A DNA stretch of 64,000 bases from Takakia lepidozioides (lineage: Eukaryota > Plantae > Bryophyta), in the NCBI GenBank assembly GCA_030704615.1, contig CM060732.1:78616001-78680000 (forward strand), in the 5' to 3' direction. Positions 49,201 through 61,836 of this stretch are shown here, piece by piece; position 1 is the stretch's first letter; each line of letters starts with the position of its first letter. The notes beneath the pieces were generated by a model that saw only the letters and a list, made by a program, of their open reading frames with translations, made no database searches and was not told where the DNA came from. A program made the translations under genes and the position numbers.

Positions 49201-50449
49201 GGTGGAGGAGGATATCAGGTGTTCGGCGTTTCCATCCTAGGGACTATGTGTATCTGCAGCAGACAACGCCTACGACCTTGGATGTCACAGCAGGTCGTGC
49301 GATTCTAAGGGTCCGGGAGGTGTTGCCTTCAGGAGTGTTGATTCTGGAGGGTCGAGATGGCATGGTATGGAAGGACCATGTGCGCAATTGTGCGCCATGT
49401 CACCTTCCACATGTGGATGGGAGGATAGATCCCAACCTTGCAGTGGTACCTGTAGGGTTGCGTTGCATGCTATGTGGGCATGCTGGTGGTGCCGCGACCA
49501 GGTGTGTGACAAATGCTCAAGGGGGTGGCACATGGGATGCTTGACACCGCCACTTGAGGAGGTTCCTAGTGGAGAATGGTTGTGTCCACGATGCCTTGGA
49601 TAGAGGTAGTGAGGCATGACAATGGTGAGGTTGACAAATGATCAAAGGTCTAGCTAACGGGAATTCAATGCCATTGACACCCAATTGAAGCCATGGATTG
49701 CAGGAAGGCGAGTAATGATGGGGCTACTTTTGCACCTGGCCTCTTGATCTATTGACTTCAGATAGTGGGACTTGGGCGATTGATGAGCAAGCGATGATCT
49801 TATTGGGATGGATACTTGTCAGCTATCTGGTGTTAGAGGGATCTAATCACCGGCTAGGAGGGCGATTGTGGTATAGCTTTCTAGGATTGTGTGGTTAGAT
49901 TGTGTGGTGGACAACGATGTATGTTGTGGCACGATGCTTAGGTGCATGACAGCTGTCATGGTTTTAGTCATGGTTATCTAGAATTACCTACTTCTAGTTA
50001 ACTATGACATTTTAGATATTTATATTTATATTTTGTGTGTTGGGACTTCATTGGGTCTCACATGCCAAGTGAGGTGTCGAGCCTCACTTGGGACATGGGG
50101 ATAGGTTTTCCCCTTGTGAGGATGGAGGAGGCTCATCTTCTTGTAGTTGAGCCTCCATGAGCTTCTCTCACCTCCATAGCTCTAGGTATTGAGAGGGAGT
50201 GTGTTGAGGGCTTTGTAGGGTGGATTCCCTTAGCAAGGGTGCCCTTGGCTTGACTTAGTTTATGTGATAGAGTGGATTTCACTTGGAAGGACTAGGGCTT
50301 GTTCTTAGTGTGATTGCTTCATGCTTTGAGAGTTTTCATTGTCTCACTTCTCTCATTTCTCATCTCTTATCCATTGTGGTATAGCTTTCTAGGATTGTGT
50401 GCTTAGATTGTGTGGTGGATAGCGATGTACGATGCTTAGGTGTACGACA
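43218..50449 (+). mobile_element. Second split-direct-repeat gypsy-PHD element, internally deleted (element 2)
   Basis: A1 43218-43637 matches A2 49954-50371; B1 49867-49951 matches B2 50375-50449; PPT 49856-49865. TG..CA ends and 4-bp TSD CATT (43214-43217, 50450-50453). Gag 45901-47600, RNase H tail/INT 47705-49400, PHD 49464-49603. Confidence 0.9.
44920..45127 (+). repeat. About 90-bp tandem repeat in the element 2 leader
   Basis: TACCTCTGTTAGTATAC.AAACATGAGCTTGTCC..ACTATA..GAGGTATCA occurs twice plus a partial copy. Confidence 0.75.
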
Positions 50450-50789
50450 CATTGGCAGCTCTATTTTTTTTTTTTTTCCCAGCTTTAGGAGTAACCCCTA
50501 CTAGAATTTGGGACCCTTATTCATTACTGCATCTTCACTTTCAAGGAGTGTAGCAAACCATGAAGTTTTCATCTATCCGGATTACTCTATAGCCGCGCGA
50601 TAATGATTACAATATGAATATCCGGACTTATTTATATCAAGCAGAATTAGGAAAAAATTCTATAATGCATGTTCGGCGGATATTGGAAATTCAGGTTAGT
50701 TTTATATCCAGATCCGCCAGATATAGATTCTCTATAAATTATGATTGCTTCCCATTTTATAAAAAAATATGGTACAAAGGGACGTGACC

Positions 50790-51570
50790 AAGATAAGGGC
50801 CCAGGTTTGTGTCAGGTGTGAAGATTAGAGGGTGGTCCAGGAATTAAAAAGCGGGGGTTACAGTAAGCTACACAAGGATTCAGATTAATGACCGTCATGT
50901 AAGGGGGTTAAAAAAAAAAAGGCAGGAAGACAAGAGCTATTAAAATGGAGATGGTTCATATGTGCAATTGGGATAAAAGGGTATCACGTGGCATTTTTTA
51001 AGGATGACATGTGTCCCAAGACAACCTTCTAGAAGGGTCTCACCGCCCTATGAGGGTATTTAAAGGAGAGGCCCCTGCCTCTTACTAATTATTAAGTTAG
51101 TAAGTAGTAGGCAGTAGCCGTGAGGCGAAGTGGCTCTTAGTTACATCGGCTTCGGCTGGAGTCTTTTTTCTCTCTCTCTTAGTAAGTAGTGGGCTCTGCA
51201 GACGCAGGGCCCCACAAAAATGCAAACCATGCCATAATAAATTATTAGTAGTAGAGCAAAATAAGCCCCATAAGTTTGCGTGGCCCTGTCCATTAGAGGA
51301 TGGTCTAGGAATTAAAAAGGGGGATACATAGTAAGCTACACAAGGATTTGAAGAATTAATCGTTGTGTAAGGGGGTCCCAAAAAAAAGATAGGAAGGCAG
51401 GTGGCAGTTATTATTTAGATGGAAGATGGTTCAGGCGCCAAATTTGGGTAAGTAGAGTACAGGTGTAAGTGGTGGTTTCTAGGGGTGACTCTGGGGTAGA
51501 CTTCTAGAAAGGTCCATGCTTGAGGGAGTCGGGCCCACCGCCATGAGAGGATATATATATATAGAAGAAG
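50790..51570 (+). repeat. Diverged tandem duplication (about 470-bp period)
   Basis: AGGAATTAAAAAG..GGGG..AGTAAGCTACACAAGGATT..GTAAGGGGG..AAAAAAA..GATGGTTCA..TTCTAGAA..CACCGCC at about 50839 and 51307. Confidence 0.65.
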
Positions 51571-52537
51571 AGCGCTTTCCTCCCACTACCTCTCTTATTA
51601 CATACGTAAACATCCCGCCAGGATTTCTTAGTTAGAGATGACACCTTAGGGGAGGATTTTTTCCACAAGCTAAGGACGACACCTTAGAGTAAGTCCCTGC
51701 TCTTGAGCTATTCGTAGCCATAAAAAATGCGAAATCCTTGTTGTTGTTTTAGTGGAGGTTGGGTAGCATGTGAGCAGGCTCACGCCAGTGGGCGTGAGCA
51801 CAAAGAAATATTCCGCATATTCCAAAAGATTCTTGAGAATATGCTATTGCGAAACCCAAATGCGCTCACACGGTAAGAAATACGAAACTATATGAAAACT
51901 GTGCTCATGCGGAAAATTTCATGAAATTAATCGTCCACAGCTTAACTTGCGTGAGCATAATGACCCACAAATATATCTGCATAACTCAAAGATTAGCGCA
52001 TGTAAACAATGTGGCATTTGGTAACATTGTGTTTAGAATATCCACCCAAAAACCCAATAAAACCCAATAACCACCCAAAAATGGGTTTCGCCAGCGAAAA
52101 TGTGAAACTTGGATTTGCACCAGCAAAACTTGGCTAGAGGTTCGAACTATCTGACATGTGCATGTGGATTCTGATCTTTAGGTTTAAGTTATATGCAGAT
52201 TCGACGTATCGCCTGTTAGCGCAGTAAAGTCCCTATGTCTGCCTATTATTTGTATTTTCGCTGGTACATATTACCCCCATAACCGGCGGATTCTGCTCTC
52301 CAATGTTTTTTGGTTCTCACGCCGTTTCTATGCTCACGTGATACCAACCCCGTTTTATGGGGGGAGCCGCCATGGGATGAGGGTTTTTTTTTTTTTTTTT
52401 TTTTTTTTTCCTCCCGGGCTTCTTCTAACTCAGGGCCAAAGGCACTCGGCTACCGCCTCCTGCCGGCCTCTCATTTGAGGAAAGGCTCCTTTTTAATCAT
52501 TTTAGAATGATAAACAATTAAATATTAGGGCTACTAG

Positions 52538-52815
52538 GTCCACGTCACTCGAAAGAAGGATCGCTGGGTGGAGGCACCACCTGGTAAGCGGCTGAGCTCG
52601 CAACACGTGTAGAGAAGCACCATGTAGATTGACACGTGGCAGGTGGAAAGTGCAGTGCACTCGTCCGTCGTCCTCGTCAGCAGCTGTGCAGCGACTTGAA
52701 TGTCCGTGTGCGACTGCCACCTCGGATTCAACTCTCGTCACTCTTCACGCAAGCCAACACAGATGCGCTGTCCGAACGCGTGGCAGACGATATTTGTGAG
52801 GAGACTCATATATAA
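52538..52815 (+). promoter_or_regulatory. ABA/dehydration-responsive promoter (ABRE/G-box cluster and TATA)
   Basis: CACGTCA 52541, ACACGTGT 52603, GACACGTGGC 52631-52640, ACGCGTGGC (CE3-like) about 52776, TATATAA 52809-52815, all upstream of a dehydrin-like ORF. Confidence 0.65.
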
Positions 52816-53016
52816 TCTCCAGCTTGTCTGACACATTGTAAGACTTATCACTTGGATTCGGCCATCACACCCGTCTTGCTTTGCTTGAATCGATTATACA
52901 CACACTTCTCCTGCTCTTGAATCTCTGCCTGCATTTCGGACCTCGCATTCCGACAAAAAACTGTCAGTGGTAGACTACACCGATCACGTGAATTGTTTGT
53001 GTGGAGAGTACTTGCA

Positions 53017-53409
53017 ATGGCTGATTCTGGGTATGGAGAGAAGAGGAGCATGATAGACAAAGTGAAGGGGGCTGTGGAAGGTTTGTTCGGAGGTCACAAG
53101 AACCAGGGCACAACTGGAACGGGTGCAGCAGGTGCGTACGGGGCAGGTCCTGCTCCGGGGGCTGGGAAGCAAGGAATGCTTGGGAAAATTGAGCAGAAAT
53201 TGGGGATGGGGGGCAGAGCTGGGGCTGGATATGGAGCTAACGGTGCAGGGGTGAATGCAAACGGGGTTGGGACCAACACAGGCGTTGGAGGTGGGCAACC
53301 TGGTTACAACGGTGCTGATACTGGCTATGGGACAAACACAGGGGCGAACGCTACTGGGCACACTGGTATCGTTGGCAAAGTGAAAAACATGATATCAGGT
53401 CACAAATGA
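53017..53409 (+). CDS. Small Gly-rich dehydrin/LEA-like protein (130 aa)
   Basis: Intact ORF with three K-segment-like amphipathic motifs (SMIDKVKGAV, GMLGKIEQKLG, GIVGKVKNMISG) separated by Gly/Thr-rich spacers; ABRE promoter upstream. Confidence 0.8.
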   Translation: MADSGYGEKRSMIDKVKGAVEGLFGGHKNQGTTGTGAAGAYGAGPAPGAGKQGMLGKIEQKLGMGGRAGAGYGANGAGVNANGVGTNTGVGGGQPGYNGADTGYGTNTGANATGHTGIVGKVKNMISGHK

Positions 53410-54816
53410 GGAGTCGTGTGGGCCTCAAAAGCTCGTGCACAACATGTTGTGCAATATATAACTTTTCTCTTCAAAGAGTGGGATCAGATCGTATGCGACA
53501 TCGACATCGACCAAAAACTAACTCCAATTTCTTGCAGATAAGAGACTTTTACGAATGCGCCTGGCTCGAAGCGGAGCGTACTCAGATTACCGTCAGTTTT
53601 GGGTTGAAATAGAAAAGTTACCTAGAGTTTCCAGAAGCATGTTGGATTACAGTGATAGGTAAACTGCTTTCAGAAAGATCTTTCTTTCTACTTGATATAC
53701 ATGTACAGAAAGATTGTTATGTGAATTTACCTGTTACATTTTTTACAGTGCTGTACGAGCACTACAGAAAAAAAAGAGTCTGTACATTTGCGAGACTGTT
53801 ATTGCAAAATATTCTTCCTTGTCGCAGAAAAGCATGTGAACTTGTAAACATTCTAAAACAGCTGCATGTGTAATTTTTTTGAATCCATTATGTTACAGTA
53901 CTTAGCCCTGGTGTACAGTAATTTGAGTTGTCATCACACAAATGAACGCGTAATAAACTGAAGAAATCCTTGGTTTCAGAGCTGATTCACTCCTTTGACA
54001 TAATATCCTCTTGATTTACGATAGACTGTTTCCCCGCATCCAGCAGGTGTGAAGTGGAAAGCGACTGAATTTTCATCTCTTTATCTCCTCTAGAGAATTG
54101 AACTTCCAGCAATTGTCGCTTCCAGTGAGGAAAGAGGGCCCGGCTGGTTACTTCGCAGCCAAAACTCAATTTCTCCAAGCACCAGGAGACAACGAAATTC
54201 TCCTGCATCCTCCACATATTTTCTTGCTCCAGACGAGTCGAATCATCCCTGTCGTCAGCAGCACCACAAATCACATGACAAATCACATGATCTGGGTTCG
54301 CGAGAGTACAATTATCGTGTTAAGCTCCTTTCTCTGATAACTACTGATATTATTTCTATTTTGGGTTCCAACAAGAAGAGGCCAGCGCCAGATGCCCAGA
54401 TTAGCACCTTCGTTGTAGACGGAAGCGGAGGCTGACGCAGCTTCCATCACCGCGTCACACCGTGCACCTGTGCAGGATCGTTCAACAGACCATGCAAATT
54501 GCCACTTGGCCGAACCAAGTTAGTCAGGTGCGCAGTTTCGATCCTTGGTATCAAAAGGAGCTGCTGCTCTTGAGATCATGTTTTCGATCAAGGTAAACTT
54601 TTGAGATGACCAAGGAGGCAACCTGATCTGGTGTTTGTGGAACGTATGGGCCAGTTTCTCCTGCATGACATCCAAACACATAACCGTGACCAGGTAAGTG
54701 TCTCTGATAGATCACATACCGTAAGAAACACCGATTCCTGTCTTTAGCCGTTTTCTTCGATCACACTTATTGCAACACAGACATCAGCACACAGCTTGTG
54801 ATCGCACTTGGTAACA

Positions 54817-55659
54817 ATGGCTGGTTACGGTGAGGACTATCTCGGAGGTCAGAAGGAGGACAACGAGGCAGGCTTGACAAACCCAACTGGAACGGGAACA
54901 GGCTACGGAACTGCGCAAGCAGCGGGAAGTCAAGGGGCTACTGGGACTCACGGACTTGAGGGTGAACCGGAGATCCACCGTGGAGCCATAGCTGAAACTG
55001 GAACTTACGGGTCTGGAGCAGGGACTGGGATTGACGATGACCCCTCGGAGAAAAAAGGGGAGAAAAAGAAAATCAAAGACAAAGTGAAGGATACTCTTGG
55101 AAGTCTGCTCCACAAGCACCCCAAAGAGAGCGTACCAAGCACAACTGGACCGCAAACTGATCCTTATGGAACGACAGGAACTCAATCGATTGAAGACCCT
55201 GGATGGTGGGGAAAAACGGAAACGGATAATCGTCCTGGACACACAGGCGGAACAGGAACTTATGGATCTGGAGGAGGGGCTGCAGGGACTGGAGTCTATG
55301 GTGATGTCCCGGATCAGAGAGGCACGGACCGCTCGAAGCCTGGTCTGATGGACAAAATCAAGGACGTGGTGAGCGGCCAGAAACCCAGTCAGGGTACTGC
55401 AACTGGGCTTGGCACAGTTGGGGATGGCACCGGTTATGGAAGTACAGACACCCACGATGAACGAGGAGGCCATCACGCATCTCGGGGGACTCCAACAGTA
55501 TTCACCACTCCAGAGGGGGGAGTCGCGCATGCCCAGGGGCAGTTGCACGAAGAGCCTCATCATGACAAGGAGAAGAAGGAAGGAGTTCTCACCAAGATCA
55601 TGGATAAGCTCCACCTCCACAGCCCTAAAGGCGGCCAAACTGGCCCTCCAGCAGCTTGA
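54817..55659 (+). CDS. Dehydrin-like protein (280 aa)
   Basis: Intact hydrophilic G/T-rich ORF. K-like segments KKKIKDKVKDTLG, KPGLMDKIKDVVSG and EKKEGVLTKIMDKLH; Y-like TDPYG. Confidence 0.85.
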   Translation: MAGYGEDYLGGQKEDNEAGLTNPTGTGTGYGTAQAAGSQGATGTHGLEGEPEIHRGAIAETGTYGSGAGTGIDDDPSEKKGEKKKIKDKVKDTLGSLLHKHPKESVPSTTGPQTDPYGTTGTQSIEDPGWWGKTETDNRPGHTGGTGTYGSGGGAAGTGVYGDVPDQRGTDRSKPGLMDKIKDVVSGQKPSQGTATGLGTVGDGTGYGSTDTHDERGGHHASRGTPTVFTTPEGGVAHAQGQLHEEPHHDKEKKEGVLTKIMDKLHLHSPKGGQTGPPAA

Positions 55660-57986
55660 AACCACTGATATCTCAAGTGACCATGACTGGCCGGAGTGAA
55701 GGAGAGATTTCCTGAGTTAGCTAGGGCCGTTCCTGAGTGCGATCATTTGTGGAGCTTGTACTGTGATGTTATCCAACATTTTCAACGGCTTGTTGGACTG
55801 CTTGAGAGGGTGGTTGCCACATAGAGAGAGTGAAGGTCGTTGTAGAAGGAAGTCTGGTAACTTCAGCCATGGATCTGATCATCATGATGTCAATTTCACT
55901 GTACATATAAAGATACCAACGATCTATGTCTGCAGCAAGGCGGCTACCTCTGTGTCTCCTGGACGATGTGAGGAGCCACAGTACGCAATCTGCCCTCAGC
56001 TCATATGAATTGTTTGTCGCAGACTGTACATACTTACAATCAATACAATCTATGCAAAATGTCAGCTATGTTTTTGAAGTGTACATGTGCGATTTGAGCA
56101 CCAATATAAAATCTAAATGTTAGAGCGTCACTTCGGCAAAATTTTAGCTGAATTTTGATACCATTTCTCACTTTCGTTTAGTCGAGTTGGTCCAGGTACA
56201 CCCACAGTACCTGCAAACGTAAGTAACACCAAGTTCATAAATTTCGTAGTTGTTCCTTGACCCTTCAACTGCACAGCACCTCACACGAAGATTTTGGTTT
56301 GAAAATAGCTGGGGAAATGGAACCGATCCATGTGTAACCTCCTTAGTTTCAGCTCGATTCTTGAAAGCACCATCATCCGCTGAAGAGCATTTGAAATACA
56401 GGTTGAGATAGGAAGGTGTCTGATTCATATAGATCGTCCAAGCAATGGAAACGATTGATCCCAAGTACGGGTTTTCCCTCGGAAGAAAATGGGACTCCAT
56501 GGTTATAACACCGCTTCGGACGAGGAGCTGCAAGGTGCCCTCCCACTGCTCCTAGCAAACAAATGAGGCGTACAAGGCGACAAGAACCAAAATAATGTGC
56601 CCAACGTATTATCCCATATCGATTGCCCACATTTCAGCGACCATTCGGGTATAAGAGCGTTTGAGTCCCAGGTGAGGTATTCAAGGCCGTGCGCTCAGTG
56701 CAGAGCGAACTATTCTTTCGCCTTTTACTAAAGAATACCGTGCACAGGGTGCAATAAGCGGCATATCAAAGTTTTTGGGCTGCTCCAAACGGGGCCCTCT
56801 CAAATTCTACCAATTTGGATGTCTTCGGAACGCCCTTCAGAAGAGGAGTACAATGCATGTACCTTATGCCGTCGTGATTCATAAAGATCTTCCATTGCAG
56901 TTAGTCTGTCATCAAGACTTTTGCTATTGATAGAGAACTGGGACTACGGATCATTCCATGCCTTGGACGATATATATGAATGGCAGGTCCTTGTCTCAGA
57001 ACCCCATATTTGCAGGATCTTCCATTCTCAACCTCACTTTCAGTGTACTTCAGGGCTAAGCATGGACTAGTGCAACTTTGGATCCCTTGAAGTGAGATGA
57101 CCACCTCGTCCAGAAGAATGGAGCATCTTTCAAAAGAATTTGTTGTAGTGCACACAGGAGCAGAGATGTTCAACATTCGACTGAAGATGCAAATCTGGAC
57201 AAGAACAGCTTATTACTCTCGTGTCTATGATAATAACTGCCTTGTGTAAGAGTAGATCTCGTTCTCAGAGCAGAGGGTCTCAATGTATCTATCATACATA
57301 GTGGACATCCAGACACAAAGAGATACTAACTAACTAAGGAGGGAATTGAACACCTCTTAATAGTCTACGGTCTTTGAGGATTGCCCTCAACCCACCGTCC
57401 ATTGAAGAGGCTAGCCATTTAGGCTTCCATTGACTTCAGGGGAAATACAAAACGCTCACGTTATCTCGATTTTTTCCGTTTACAGTCGGGTTTGAAATCT
57501 TGGTCCACTTCAAAACTTGCTCCACAAAAGAAAACAAATTGCTGGCGGATATGGATGAGATGCTAGATTGCATACTGGTACACTACGTGTCATTGATCCA
57601 GGAGGCCCATGTGGCTGTAGACACTTGTCATATGCCCAGTAGCGCACTTCGGTCGCGCTGGTCAGGGCCTTACAGGTGCCCTGCATGTGTCTACCAGACA
57701 CAATTGTGGATCGAGATTTGCTTATATAGTTCTGGGGATTGAACGCTTGTCAATACTTGAGCTTCTCTTACCTTCAAAGGCAACTTGGTGGTGTGGAGTG
57801 CGGACTCAATCTAATCATCGTCCTTTGCTTTCAGTGCAGGACTTCTTTCTCAAGGCAATTAGTTCCCTTTTATCGGACATCGTTTCTCCTTGAGGCTGCT
57901 TGAGCAACTGTCTGCAAGTATAGTGTCAGTGCTTATACCAGTTTGTTGAATTCAATTTGGAGAGCTCGGCAGAGACGACAAGCGAG

Positions 57987-59781
57987 ATGGCACAGACAGC
58001 TGGAGTTGCACCTACAGGCGGCTACCAGAGCCAGAGCGGCAACGTCTACAGCGGTAATCAGAGCAGAGCCTATGATCAGGCCCCAACTGGGTTTGGCGCA
58101 GGAAGTCAAGATCGCAACCAGGTCGGAGCTGGCTTAGGAGGTGCGCCTACCGATGCTGGTGCTCCTGCGAATACTCCATACAACCGCAAGGGACATCATC
58201 AGTGTGGTCCTGATACCAAATCTACAGATGCTGGTTATGGCCAGGCACAACCTGGGTACGAGCATTTTGGATGTGGACCGAACCACAACACAGCGTTCGT
58301 GTCTTCCCCAGAACCAGTGTCGCCTGCCCGGTTTCATCAACCTGGTTCGGGAGTAGACGCAAGCACAAAGCCTTTCCCGGTCCCTGTTCCTCCTCCTGGT
58401 GCTGTTTCCGGTAGCACCCCTGTTACGGGAAGTGGGTACAACGACCAACCGAGCAGTGGAAATGCTGGATATGGAGGCCAAGGCTTGGATCAACAAACTA
58501 CATTCGATGGAGGTGCTGTCTCCGGTAACACCCCTGTTACGGGAAGTGGATACAACGACCAACCCAGTAGTGGAAATGCCGAATATGGAGGCCAAGGCTT
58601 GGATCAACAAACCCCAATCAGCGGAGGTGTTGCACAGACCGGCGCCGGTGGATATGATGCTGACTTCTCCAGCACAATTGACAATTCAGCTGCCTCTGAT
58701 GAGACCACGACAGGTTACAATCAGCCTCAGCAAACTCGTGACAATCCAAGTGGAGTTGGGCCTATTGACCCTTCCACTGCAGAACAAACTCAGTTTGGCG
58801 CAGACCAAAGTGGGTACAGTGCCGATCAGGGAGTTGTCGACCAGCGTCAGCAAGTTGGGCCAACAGACACAGATTACAATACCACTGGGGCGGCCAACGG
58901 GCAAACCCAGAATACGACAAGCTATGATCCCACAGAGCAGCAAACTCAGGGTGGTAATCCCACTGCACAGCAAACTCAGTTTGGCGCAGACCAAAGTGGG
59001 TACAGTGCCGATCAGGAAGGCGGCGACCAAAGTCTGCAGACTGGGCCAACAGACTTAGATTACAATACCACTGCGACCGGCAGTGGGCAAGCCCAGAATA
59101 TCCATGGAAATGACGGTCCTTCAAACATGCGGCAGGATGATCTAACTCAGGGGGTTTCACCCGCACAAACTGGCACTGCTGGGTATGAACAGACAGGCAC
59201 TGCACATCAATCACAGCCTGAACCTGATTCGAAACTCGACGCAACGAAATATGATGCTACCTCTGGATCTCCTGCTGGAGGTGGAGCTGCATTTGCTGCC
59301 CCTGGCAATGACTACACACCAGCACCCACAGGTTACACAGGCACTGCAAGTAAATATCCCAGCTCTCTCTCTGCCTCCTTTTATGCTAGTAAATTCTGCT
59401 GTGTGGGAAACAACGATAGACTACTTATAATTGATCAGTAGTACTATATGTTCTCATTTTGCAAGCCTCACTTCTTACCGCAAACCGTTAAAGCTTCTCA
59501 AAAGTTCCAAGGTCCATTCCAAAGTTGCAAAGATGTTTGAAGATGCAATTAGCTGCAGAGAAACGTTCTATATATCCATCCAAGTACTAACATTGTCACA
59601 AACAATGATTACAGATGAGGAGTCGCCTGCGACAATTGATAATGCCACTGCTGCAGACACAACCACATCTCCAAATAGCGATGATGCCACTGCTCAAGAC
59701 ACAACCACCCCTCCAAGGAAAGGTCTGATCTCCAAATTCATGGAGAAGCTGACACCGAGTAGCGTAAAGCAATCCTCTTGA
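57987..59781 (+). CDS. Large repetitive acidic hydrophilin with one C-terminal K-like segment (about 509 aa, 2 exons)
   Basis: Exons 57987-59349 and 59615-59781 splice in phase (GT-AG, branch point TACTAAC at 59585). Internal 38-aa and about 45-aa duplications. Ends RKGLISKFMEKLTPSSVKQSS*. Confidence 0.75.
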
Positions 59782-61069
59782 AGTCTAAATAACTGTGTAG
59801 GAGGTTTGTTGCCTACAGAACGATAGAGATGGGTAGAATGCTATAAAGACAGCCATATCCTCACAAATGCTCCATAGACTCTGCAGGAATTCATAGAGGA
59901 CACTAGAGGACATTGTACAGTAGTGGTCAGCACAACCTTTCGACGACGACCCTATCCTTCGGAGATTTACTTTTCCTCAGGTTATATGGGTTAGTCGACA
60001 ACTTTGATGCATGTTCATATGATGTGAAGTTGTTTTTGGGAACTTCACATCATATGCACGTTCACCCATTGTACATGTTGTAAATAAAGTCTTACAGGGT
60101 TTCATCAAATGAAGCTTTCAGTCACATATGCGATAGAGTAAGATCTTTGTATAATTCCATAATGAATAAGGTACATTCACTCTACCTACAACGCTCAACG
60201 TTCAGCTGCCCAATGTCATCTGTCAACGACCCAACTTTGAACCTTACTCTCCCATACCGATTATTCGACTTTCTTGGCCAAAGTGGTACCTTATTGCATT
60301 AAAGTTGAAACAGATGAAAGCCATTGCAAACCACATCCTCTAGGAACTAAATCATCCTTAAATGTATGATCATAAGCCAATATACCAATGTTGGACTGGT
60401 ATATAGGGTCTGGCCTGGTATAACCAGGGTATCAACCAAGGTGTTGAATAACCAACCCGGCTGGTATTGGCTTTTGTAATACTATGGTTAATAACCGACC
60501 CGGTTGGTATTGCCAAGGCAATACTCGGACGCATATATGTATTATGGGCAACAAGGACTATACCATGGTATGAATAGGAAATTGGCTGGGTGCACAATAT
60601 GGCAGGGTTCGTGTAAGAGGGTGCACATGTAGGTGAGGGCATGTCCAGCCCCAAGGGTCCGCCACTATGCTTCATTTCTTAACACATGTAGGGCGGGCCT
60701 GCAGCTATTCTATATTTTTTTTAGCACATCTAGGGTGTCTTATGTGGTTGCAATTAGTCTTCTTTTAACTAAGCTTGCTTCAATTTGGATACTAAGATCT
60801 GCAACGTTGTTATTATGTAATGCAAAGACTGAATTTGCAACATAATATTAATGTCTTTGTGAAATTAACTGAAATCTTCTAAAATCAATACATATTAATG
60901 ATTTAGTGGTTATTTTAGTTTTTATTATTTATACCCCGGTTGATAACTGGCTGGTATTAGATTGGAATACCCATCCCATTGATACCCATCCGCAAATCGA
61001 AAATCATACTACCATTGAGAACCGGCGGGTACTAAAATTAAGATAATCTTTCAATACTATGGAAGTGGC

Positions 61070-61564
61070 TGTAAAAACCAGATTCTGCACTCGGGGGTTT
61101 GTTCCGCTCCTCTGTGGGATTGTGCTGACAAAGTTTGCATGTGAGGAAGGGATATCTTCTTTTGAGGATGTTACATCTCACGCATCAACTCTTAGTTCAT
61201 CCAGGCACACTGCATCCATCCACCTCAGGCATTGCGTACACCAGAGATTAACACCAAAAATGTATACCCGCCGCTTAGGTTTGCAACCGATCCTTTTTAT
61301 AATCCATGGCCTTAGATTACATCACCACCGGATGGCACATCCTGATTGGTCCGCTAGATTACTACCAGATGCTCATCCAGATAGGATGACACATAAGCTA
61401 ATTTAGAGATAGGGTAGCTGTTAACATAAGACGATCCTTAGTTTATAAATAGATCCGTCAACCTGTCTTCATCCCTATCTTTTCATAACGGTCATTCATC
61501 CACGTTTATCATCTCCGTTCATCCAGTGTCCAATAATAAGGTAGGTGGGAATCTAGTCTTTACA
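61070..61564 (-). mobile_element. LTR-like TG..CA unit, possibly the 3' terminal repeat of the downstream gypsy remnant
   Basis: Imperfect terminal inverted repeats TGTAAAAACCAGATT and AATCTAGTCTTTACA, with an internal TATAAA. No partner repeat or TSD in the window. Confidence 0.4.
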
Positions 61565-61836
61565 TATGTAAAACCTCCTGGCGCACAGAGGAGCGAGCTC
61601 CAGCAAAACACAATGCTCTCAAGAGAGTAGTGCTGCTCAAAATAGCACTGAGATGGAATGAAAAACCCTCGACAAGGAAACCTTGCTCTGCAAAGTGAGC
61701 GAAGGACAAAACCTTGCCGGGAAAAAACCCCACCTCATGGTGTGTGCGATTTCAGATCTACAAAGGAACAGTGAGAGTAACCCAAAGGCGAAAGTCCAAT
61801 CTAATAAAAAAACAATGTCACTAGAAAAGAGTAGGA

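Noticed and set aside
54784-55665. 293-aa antisense ORF over the dehydrin gene, and similar shadow ORFs over TE genes
   Set aside because: Explained by codon bias on the sense strand; no recognisable motifs.
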